From Bdellovibrionales bacterium (GTDB lineage Bacteria; Bdellovibrionota; Bdellovibrionia; Bdellovibrionales; UBA1609), in NCBI GenBank assembly GCA_041690295.1, contig JAWLHR010000027.1, positions 1 to 24,074 of the forward strand: a stretch of DNA of 24,074 nt. The letters run 5' to 3'. Each line of letters starts with the position of its first letter. The first letter of the stretch is position 1. Of the stretch, positions 17,048 through 24,074 are shown piece after piece. Below the pieces are notes generated by a model that was given only the letters and a program-made list of their open reading frames with translations, searched no databases and had not been told where the DNA came from. The translations under genes were made by a program, and so were the position numbers.

Positions 17048-17090
17048 AACCAGTGGGATGGGCCGACCGTTCCACTGGTTTTTTATTTTT
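17048..17090 (+). terminator. Rho-independent terminator between convergent genes
   Basis: AACCAGTGG(GATGG)-GCCGA-(CCGTT)CCACTGGTT hairpin followed by a T run. Confidence 0.85.
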
Positions 17091-18033
17091 TCTTCTTTTT
17101 ACTTTTCTTGGTGGATTTCGCCTTGGTGCCGCTTCCGGATACATCCCGGCGCACCTGTAGATTTTCAGGCGCCACTCGATCGGCCAGACTGAGAATCGCC
17201 TTCGCGTAATCTTCGCTGTTGTTGTATTTCATCAGGGCCTTTTTATGGGTTCCTTTTTTGCCGTTTTTCCAGCCTGACTTTTTCAGATAGTGCGCCACGC
17301 TCATAATGGCATCATCGGCGCGGGTGAGATTGGGCGCTCGCTTTTTCGAATAAGCCCGCGCGAACTTCACATAACTGCTGGGAATAAACTGGGCCATTCC
17401 GAAAGCCCCGGAAAAGGAGCCTTTAAGCTCTCGAACCAACTTCGCGTCCCGGTTGTACATGTTCTGTAGGGCTTTGAGCTCAGCCAGTGCCCATTCGGCT
17501 TTGGTTCGGGCGCGCTGCGCAACTTTCGCGGGAGTCCCTTTGGGTGGTTTCTTGTTGTAGCGGGGGACCGAGGCTTTGAGATAACGAACCACGGTCGGTC
17601 GCTCCGCCTGCAGAAGATGTAAATAGACACTGGCCACGTGATAAACGCCTTTATTCTGACCGTGCCTGGATTCCAGCCAAAGAAGCGAGGAGATGACCGG
17701 CGGCGGAACGGAATAAAGTTTTTCCGCCCGCGCGAATGCGGATTTATTTTTGGCCAAGAAATTTCGCACATCGTTCACGGCTTCGCGGGACACTTGCGGC
17801 TGGTGATAATCAGTCTGGCGCAGGTAAAGAAGGACGTTGAACTCCAGAACGCGGGTGAAGTGTTTGTGATCGTAAATGCGCTTGAGATCATTGATGAAAG
17901 ATTGTTTGAATTTGGCTTTCTTCAACCGCTTTTGGACGTAGGACCAGTCCGGTTTTGGGGCTTTCGCGGCTTCGGCTACGTGTCCGACAAACAACATCGC
18001 GAAGATTGCGAAGACCGCGAAAGCCGAGTGCAT
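17083..18033 (-). CDS. Lytic murein transglycosylase, MltB/SLT_2 family
   Basis: Catalytic LESRHG, GSFSGAFGMAQFIPSSY, DAIMSVAHYL and YNNS; signal peptide; Lys-rich tail. Confidence 0.92.
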   Translation of the reverse strand: MHSAFAVFAIFAMLFVGHVAEAAKAPKPDWSYVQKRLKKAKFKQSFINDLKRIYDHKHFTRVLEFNVLLYLRQTDYHQPQVSREAVNDVRNFLAKNKSAFARAEKLYSVPPPVISSLLWLESRHGQNKGVYHVASVYLHLLQAERPTVVRYLKASVPRYNKKPPKGTPAKVAQRARTKAEWALAELKALQNMYNRDAKLVRELKGSFSGAFGMAQFIPSSYVKFARAYSKKRAPNLTRADDAIMSVAHYLKKSGWKNGKKGTHKKALMKYNNSEDYAKAILSLADRVAPENLQVRRDVSGSGTKAKSTKKSKKKKK

Positions 18034-18092
18034 TAGTCATATTATCGCGTGAATTCGAATTGATGTTCACACGACTTAGGGACCGAACACTC

Positions 18093-19124
18093 TTAAATAA
18101 CCAAGTTTCGTTGATCCGCCCGACCCATGGCGAGCAAAACGGGATTCGTCGCTTGCAGCTCGGTGAACGATTGTTTTCCGTCAACACCGCGCCAATTGAT
18201 TTCCACCATGATTTGCCCGATGGAGCCACCCAAGCTGCTGCCTGGCCCTAAAAGAATCACCACATCTGGTGCGAACTCTTTTAAACCCACAGTGACCGCT
18301 CGGGTGAAGTCGTAAGGGGCCACGACCTGATGGCCCAAGGTATAGCTGTATAGCTCTTCCACTCGGGTGGAATAAGGCTGCCAGATCACGCCGCGCCCAT
18401 CAATCAGCGGAACGCGCGGTTTTTGGAAAATGGATGGCGGAATCATTTCAAACGCACGCTCAGACGTGGAATTGAGCAGCGGTGTATGAAAGGCGGCGTG
18501 ATTGATCAATTGGAACGGGTAATTCTCGACCGGCGGGAGTTCCTTCAGCAAAGCGTTGAGGCCGGGTTGCTCGGAAGCCAAAACCACATAACCGCCAAGC
18601 GCAATGGACAAATAAATCTCGCAACCGCTTTTTTCGTGAGCCCGCGCGATGGCTTTTTCCACTTCCTCCATGCGTTTCGGTGAGCGGCGCCAGTTTTCAT
18701 CGCAGATCGGGTAGATCACTTGTCCGCCGATGATTTTTTCTTTCATCATCGAACCCATGGTGTTCACCACGGTGAAGCCGCCCGCCCAATCAAGGGCTTC
18801 GCCGTACGTTAAGGCCAAATACCATCCCATGGAGTTGCCGGTGATGGCCACGATGTCATAACGTTCCCGATTGATCGCCATGAAATCCGCATAAGCACAG
18901 GCGTAAATCAAAGCGGAAGCATTTTCACCGCGGGTGTGCCGTTGCGGTGAAAATGTGGCTTCGGAATCCAGCGCGGTGATGGTGGGTTCCATCAGGTTTT
19001 CGCGCCGGCGGTCGATATCGTACAAAAACTTCGTCACATGAGCGCCGTACTTTCTCAGGTAACCGAGCGTTTCTTTGGTGTAGGAACCCCGGCCGGGGCA
19101 AATGACAAGAGCTCGCTTCTTCAT
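18093..19124 (-). CDS. FabD-like acyltransferase with an atypical active site
   Basis: CPGRG, GNSMG nucleophile elbow, AAFHT, QVVAPYDF and LGPG; ATG 19124 lies just after the E1 stop. Confidence 0.85.
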   Translation of the reverse strand: MKKRALVICPGRGSYTKETLGYLRKYGAHVTKFLYDIDRRRENLMEPTITALDSEATFSPQRHTRGENASALIYACAYADFMAINRERYDIVAITGNSMGWYLALTYGEALDWAGGFTVVNTMGSMMKEKIIGGQVIYPICDENWRRSPKRMEEVEKAIARAHEKSGCEIYLSIALGGYVVLASEQPGLNALLKELPPVENYPFQLINHAAFHTPLLNSTSERAFEMIPPSIFQKPRVPLIDGRGVIWQPYSTRVEELYSYTLGHQVVAPYDFTRAVTVGLKEFAPDVVILLGPGSSLGGSIGQIMVEINWRGVDGKQSFTELQATNPVLLAMGRADQRNLVI

Positions 19125-19126
19125 TT

Positions 19127-21325
19127 TCAAACCTTGTTCAACATTTGCAACGCCCCATGGACGATTTCATCGCGGCTGGGAAGTCCCGCCGCCGCGGCTT
19201 TCCCCAGCGGAATAAAGCAATCATCCGCGGCGATCACTTTCACCCGGGGCGGCCGTTCGAAGTTTTCCAAAACCGCGCCGCACATCCATTCGCTCCAGGA
19301 GCCGGTCTTGCGGCACTCATCGACGATCAAAAGATTTGGCACATCCCCGATTTCCGATAGAAGAGCCTCTTTGTTAATGGGCGCCAGCCAGCGCAGGTCG
19401 ATGACTTTCACCGGCACATCATGCTTTGATTTAAGAATCTCAGCGGCCTGGCGGGAATAGTAATAACCGTTTCCGTAGGTCACGATCGTCAAAACGTCGG
19501 AATCGCCGTGAACGCCGAATTCTCCGAGGGCAATGGACCCTTCCAGCGGGAAAGTGCCGGTCCATAATTTATCGTTGGGCTCATGCAGATCGCGAGTCAT
19601 GTAAAGCGCGATCGGTTCGACGAAAACCACCACGCGGCCTTCGCGCCAGGCGAGATCCGCACAGGTGCGAAGCATCTTGACCGCGTCTTCCCCATTGTTG
19701 GGCACGGCCACGATCACACCGGGAATATCGCGGAAAACCGCCAATGAATTATCGTTGTGGAAGTGTCCGCCGAAACCTTTTTGATAGGGCAGGCCGGCGA
19801 TTCGAACCAGCATCCCGTTGGTGAATTGCCCTTGCGAGAAAAACGCCAGGGTCGCGGCCTCGCCTCGGATCTGGTCTTCGGCATTATGAACGTAAGCCAA
19901 AAACTGAATTTCGGGAATCGGCAAGAATCCGTTGTGCGCGAAACCGATGGCATTGCCGAGGATGGTCTGCTCATCCAGCGGCGAATTGAAAACCCGGCGA
20001 GGACCGAACTTTTTATACAAGCCCTCGGTGACGTTGTACACGCCACCTTTTTGTGCCACGTCCTCGCCGAAAATAACCGCTCCCGGATAACGATGGAGAA
20101 TTTCCGCAAGGCCCATGTTGATCAGCTTTGCCAAATGGAGGGGTTTTTCCACGTCAGGTCCAAGCAGCGTGCGGAGTTCATCGGGCGCCGGGTGAGGGGG
20201 CGCTTCCTTGGGATGGGCGCAAGCGGTGAGCGACGCCCGGATTTCTTCACGCTTTAAGAATTTGGGTCGCGTTTTGGCCTGTTCGCCGATCGCGGCCACC
20301 TGTTCACCGATGGTTTTATAAATGCGCACGATTTCTTCCGCCGTGGCGAGATCGTTTTCCAGCGCGATCCGGGCGGAATGTAACAACGGATCGTTGAATT
20401 CGGTTTGCTCGATTTTTGACAGCGAATGATAAGTGAGTTCCACATCCGAACCGGCATGACCCAAAAGGCGCACGCATTTCATGTGAAGAAATACAGGCTT
20501 GCGGCGTAAGCGAGTGTATCTTTCGGCCTCGCGGGCTTTGGCGTAAAGATCGCAGAGATTCAATCCGTCACAGGCGATGTAGTTTAAGCCGGGCCGCTGA
20601 CCGTACTGGGTTTCAAGCCATTGATTGGGAGTCGGCACCGAGATGCCAATGCCATTGTCTTCACAGATAAAAATGATTGGCATGGCCACGTTCTGATGGG
20701 CCACCCAAAGGGCCGAATTGACGGCGCCGACCGCGGTCGAGTGATTGATGGACGCATCACCGAACGAGCAAAACACGAGGGCATCCGAAGGCATAACCGC
20801 GCTTCGCAGCCGCAGATCCTTGGCGCGACCAATGGAAAGGGCCGCCCCCATGGCTTTTGGTAAATGGGACGCGATAGTGGATGTTTGCGGCGGAACCATC
20901 AGTGGATAACTGCCAAAGACTTTATGACGACCGCCCGCGATGGGATCTTCACTGGAAGCCACAAATGAAAGCATGGTGTCGTAAAGGGGAGTGCTGCCCG
21001 GCAATTGTTTGGCCCTTTGAATCATAAAGGCACAGCTTCGGTAATGGACAAAGGCCATGTCTGTTAGACGAAATACCTTCCCCCAGACCGCATTTCCTTC
21101 GTGGCCGGCACTGCCGATCGTGTAATAGCATTCGTTCTGGTTCTTCAGGATTCGAGCCCGAAGATCCATATGGCGGCTCATCATTTGGGTCTCGAAGAGA
21201 TCCATGAACTCTTCGGGGCTGAGTCCGGCCTCTTGCAATGATGTGTGACTTCGTGCTTCCGGCAGGCGGCCTTCGGGCACGAGTTTAAGGAAGTTCCGGT
21301 CGACGGCTTCGGCTCGATTGTACAT
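19127..21325 (-). CDS. Fused E1 alpha/beta thiamine-diphosphate-dependent 2-oxoacid dehydrogenase
   Basis: Alpha part: GHEG, HYRS, GDAS...EDN ThDP motif and GHAGSD. Beta part: GEDV..GGV, PLDEQ, EIQF, GGHFH and VIDLR. Confidence 0.93.
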   Translation of the reverse strand: MYNRAEAVDRNFLKLVPEGRLPEARSHTSLQEAGLSPEEFMDLFETQMMSRHMDLRARILKNQNECYYTIGSAGHEGNAVWGKVFRLTDMAFVHYRSCAFMIQRAKQLPGSTPLYDTMLSFVASSEDPIAGGRHKVFGSYPLMVPPQTSTIASHLPKAMGAALSIGRAKDLRLRSAVMPSDALVFCSFGDASINHSTAVGAVNSALWVAHQNVAMPIIFICEDNGIGISVPTPNQWLETQYGQRPGLNYIACDGLNLCDLYAKAREAERYTRLRRKPVFLHMKCVRLLGHAGSDVELTYHSLSKIEQTEFNDPLLHSARIALENDLATAEEIVRIYKTIGEQVAAIGEQAKTRPKFLKREEIRASLTACAHPKEAPPHPAPDELRTLLGPDVEKPLHLAKLINMGLAEILHRYPGAVIFGEDVAQKGGVYNVTEGLYKKFGPRRVFNSPLDEQTILGNAIGFAHNGFLPIPEIQFLAYVHNAEDQIRGEAATLAFFSQGQFTNGMLVRIAGLPYQKGFGGHFHNDNSLAVFRDIPGVIVAVPNNGEDAVKMLRTCADLAWREGRVVVFVEPIALYMTRDLHEPNDKLWTGTFPLEGSIALGEFGVHGDSDVLTIVTYGNGYYYSRQAAEILKSKHDVPVKVIDLRWLAPINKEALLSEIGDVPNLLIVDECRKTGSWSEWMCGAVLENFERPPRVKVIAADDCFIPLGKAAAAGLPSRDEIVHGALQMLNKV

Positions 21326-21413
21326 GGAATCCCACCCTACCTTGTGCGGGATTGCCTGTCCACTCCGGCTCTGCTACCACTAGGCCATCAAACTTGATGG
21401 GTTAGGGGAACAC

Positions 21414-22583
21414 ATGGCGACCTATGAATCATTAAACTACATGCTCGAAGACGAACTGTTCACCAGCGAAGAGCTGATGATTCGCGATTCAGTGCGTGAA
21501 TTCGTGGAGAACGAGGTGATACCCACCCTTCAAGAGGCCAACCGGGCCGAAAAGTTCCCCATGCACTTGATTCCCCGCTTTGCTGAAATGGGGCTTCTGG
21601 GGTCCACGATTCAAGGTTATGACTGCCCGGGTCTTGGACATGTGGCCTATGGCTTGGTGATGTCGGAGCTGGAGCGGGGCGACTCGGGAATCCGCTCCTT
21701 TTGCTCGGTGCAGGGCGCGCTGGTCATGTTCCCGATCTTTACCTATGGCTCCGAAGAACAGAAAAACAAATACCTGCCCAAGCTGGCGCGCGGAGAACTG
21801 GTCGGCTGTTTCGGTCTGACGGAGCCCGATGCCGGCTCCAATCCCGGTGGAATGTTGACCAAGGTGGAAAAGGTCAAGGGTGGCTACAAAATCAACGGCA
21901 ACAAAATGTGGATTACCAACGGCTGCATCGCGGATATCGCCGTTGTTTGGGGCCGATTGGATGGAGAAATCCGCGGCTTCATCGTTGAAAAAGGTACGCC
22001 TGGATACACCACCTCCACCATGAAAGGAAAATTCTCACTCCGGGTGAGCGTCACTTCGGAACTTCACTTCCATGATTGCATTGTTCCCGAAGATGCGATT
22101 CTCCCCAAAGCGGTGGGATTGAAAGCGCCGCTCAGCTGCTTGACCCAAGCCCGCTATGGGATCGCCTGGGGTGTGCTGGGCGCGGCCAATGCCTGTTACC
22201 ATGTGGCGTTGAACTACGCGAAGGATCGGACCATTTTTAACGGTAAGTCCTTGGCGAGCTACCAATTGGCGCAAGCCAAGCTGGTCAAAATGGTACAGGA
22301 AATCACCAAGGGTAAGTTACTCGCGCTCCAGGCCGGACGCCTCAAAGAGGCGGGAAAGCTGCTCCCCCACCATGTCTCACTTTGCAAAATGAATAACTGC
22401 CGGATCGCTCTCGATGTGGCCCGTGAAGCGCGCGACATGCTCGGCGGTAACGGCATCATCGACGAATACCCGATCATCCGCCATATGATGAACCTGGAGA
22501 CGGTGAACACCTACGAGGGGACGGAGGACATCCACCGCCTGGTGGTCGGCCAGCACATCACGGGGATTCCCGCGTTCCGCTGA
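21414..22583 (+). CDS. gcdH: Acyl-CoA dehydrogenase, glutaryl-CoA dehydrogenase type
   Basis: ELERGDSGIRS, GCFGLTEPDAGS, KMWITN and HMMNLETVNTYEGTEDIH..GQHITGI.AF are characteristic of the GCDH subfamily. Confidence 0.85.
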   Translation: MATYESLNYMLEDELFTSEELMIRDSVREFVENEVIPTLQEANRAEKFPMHLIPRFAEMGLLGSTIQGYDCPGLGHVAYGLVMSELERGDSGIRSFCSVQGALVMFPIFTYGSEEQKNKYLPKLARGELVGCFGLTEPDAGSNPGGMLTKVEKVKGGYKINGNKMWITNGCIADIAVVWGRLDGEIRGFIVEKGTPGYTTSTMKGKFSLRVSVTSELHFHDCIVPEDAILPKAVGLKAPLSCLTQARYGIAWGVLGAANACYHVALNYAKDRTIFNGKSLASYQLAQAKLVKMVQEITKGKLLALQAGRLKEAGKLLPHHVSLCKMNNCRIALDVAREARDMLGGNGIIDEYPIIRHMMNLETVNTYEGTEDIHRLVVGQHITGIPAFR

Positions 22584-22642
22584 CCGTCTCACAATGAGAG
22601 GCCTCTGGAATCCCAAGCGGCGCTTCGGTTAAAATCTTATTG

Positions 22643-22876
22643 ATGGAAGAGCTTCAGTCGCCGCTTGAAATCACCGCGATTTTCTTGAGTCTTTCTATTA
22701 TATCTTACGTTTATTTATACTGGCGGTCACAAACAAAAGAAGTTGAGCATATGAACCGCCGGGCCAGCGACCGCAATCCGGGTCACGTGCACGTCACAAC
22801 GCTATCGCGAAGAAAAAGTGACGCGAATATCATTTTTGATCGCGATGCTGGATCGGATCGAAGCACTTTCAGCTAG
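22643..22876 (+). CDS. Small single-pass membrane protein (hypothetical)
   Basis: One hydrophobic segment followed by a charged tail; fills the intergenic gap in the orientation of its neighbours. Confidence 0.55.
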   Translation: MEELQSPLEITAIFLSLSIISYVYLYWRSQTKEVEHMNRRASDRNPGHVHVTTLSRRKSDANIIFDRDAGSDRSTFS

Positions 22877-22933
22877 ACAATCTTGAATTGAGAGTTGAGT
22901 TCAGAAGTTCGTGAAAAATGTCGATAGAGTGGT

Positions 22934-23704
22934 ATGCACTTAAAACCAACGATTCTGGTCGTCGACGACGATCCGGTTGCTGTCTCGCTCTTAACCAAAT
23001 TGGTTGAGAAGCTCGAGTACAACGTTTTGTCCGCCGGTGATGGCCGCATGGCCCTCGAGATGTTGGATCAAAATTCCATTGATTTAGTGATCGCCGATTA
23101 TGATATGCCCCGAATGAACGGCCTTGAGCTGCTGGCCGTGGTGAAAGAAAAATTCCCCCGCCTGCCGTTCATTCTGATCACCGCTTACTCCAAATTGACG
23201 GTCGTTCGGGAGGCTTGGAATCTCGGCGCTTTTGACTTCTTCCAAAAACCCGTTTTCGTGGACCGATTACATCAGACGATTCGACTGGCCATCGAATATG
23301 GTCATCTTTCCATCGCGCGCCGGGCCTTCGCCAGTACGGAATCTTATTCTCCGGATCCGGACATTCTAAATACCGGCGTGATTCGCGAGTTGGCGGCCGC
23401 CCTTGAACGCGAGGATCTCCTCCGTATCGTGGAGGAATTCGAAACCTACGCCCGTATCGAATTGGAACACATGTTCCGTTACAGCATGATCAAGGACGCC
23501 GAGCAGGTCAGGGTTTATGCCCATCGCTTAAAAGGAACGGCCACGAATCTGGGAATGATAAAGATCGCCAGTCATATGGCGCAGATCGAGGCCGCGCCCG
23601 ATGCGGCGATCACCAATATGGGTGAGTTGGCGATAGAGTTGGAATCTTCGATTCATTGGCTGAAGCAGAATCTGACCCAGATTTTTCAGGATTTACGAGT
23701 TTAG
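22934..23704 (+). CDS. Response regulator receiver fused to an HPt domain
   Basis: REC domain (VVDDD, ADYDMP, ITAY, QKP) and C-terminal AHRLKGTATNLG HPt motif. Confidence 0.88.
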   Translation: MHLKPTILVVDDDPVAVSLLTKLVEKLEYNVLSAGDGRMALEMLDQNSIDLVIADYDMPRMNGLELLAVVKEKFPRLPFILITAYSKLTVVREAWNLGAFDFFQKPVFVDRLHQTIRLAIEYGHLSIARRAFASTESYSPDPDILNTGVIRELAAALEREDLLRIVEEFETYARIELEHMFRYSMIKDAEQVRVYAHRLKGTATNLGMIKIASHMAQIEAAPDAAITNMGELAIELESSIHWLKQNLTQIFQDLRV

Positions 23705-23762
23705 AACTGCCCCACTAGCCTGCAGAAAATCCTGGCGAGAAATTTGCCCTTAACCACAGGGC

Positions 23763-24074
23763 ATGCGACCAAACTGCCCTTATTGTCAATCATCACAAGA
23801 ATTGTCCGATCGCCGGATGCGTATTCTAAAGGCCGGATTCTTTCGCCGAACATCCGACGGAAAAAGAGTGCGAAGATTTTATTGCGTTAGCTGCTCTAGA
23901 TACTTTTCTTATGCCACCTTTCACCCCTGCTTTAGGCAAAAAAAGCGCCACCTCAATCACCGCATCAACAAACTTTTAGCTTCAAGCGTTTCCCAGCGCC
24001 GAATCGCAAAACTGCTTCACATTTCCCGAACCACAGTTGAACGAAAGTTTCTTTTTCTGGGCCAAAAAGCAGTG
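23763..24074 (+). mobile_element. 5' part of a zinc-ribbon/HTH transposase-like gene (IS1/IS1595-like), running off the window
   Basis: My translation from ATG 23763 is MRPNCPYC...KRVRRFYCVSCSRYFS...LLASSVSQRRIAKLLHISRTTVERK..., open to the window edge. It is absent from the ORF track because no stop is present. Confidence 0.7.

Noticed and set aside
18093..19124. Housekeeping fabD or a PKS cluster
   Set aside because: The malonyl-binding Arg is absent and there are no ACP, ketosynthase or fab neighbours.

Overview
A gene-dense bacterial chromosomal segment. Its content (secreted Cys-rich and orphan proteins, several peptidoglycan enzymes, a characteristic HNH family) suggests a Bdellovibrionota-like predator; this is an inference. 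The left part encodes a secreted orphan, a secreted M3 peptidase, a lipoprotein SAM hydrolase (DUF62), a YkuD-like L,D-transpeptidase, a NodIJ-like ABC exporter followed by a CBS-PAS protein, a large Cys-rich secreted protein and a possible TraB/ChaN-like protein. The middle has an OmpR-type two-component pair plus a TauE permease and tRNA-Leu(CAG). An accessory block follows the tRNA: a histidine-kinase ATPase remnant, about 420 bp of AT-rich DNA with three degenerate 54-bp hairpin repeats, an HNH endonuclease gene and further 8- and 20-bp repeats. The right part has a peptidoglycan deacetylase, an MltB-type transglycosylase, a fused E1 alpha/beta enzyme with an atypical FabD-like transferase divergent from a glutaryl-CoA dehydrogenase, a REC-HPt protein and the start of a zinc-ribbon/HTH transposase-like gene missing from the ORF track. 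The best leads are the repeat-flanked HNH module at the tRNA, the E1/FabD-like/GcdH cluster with no E2 in the window, and a candidate sRNA controlled by the response regulator.
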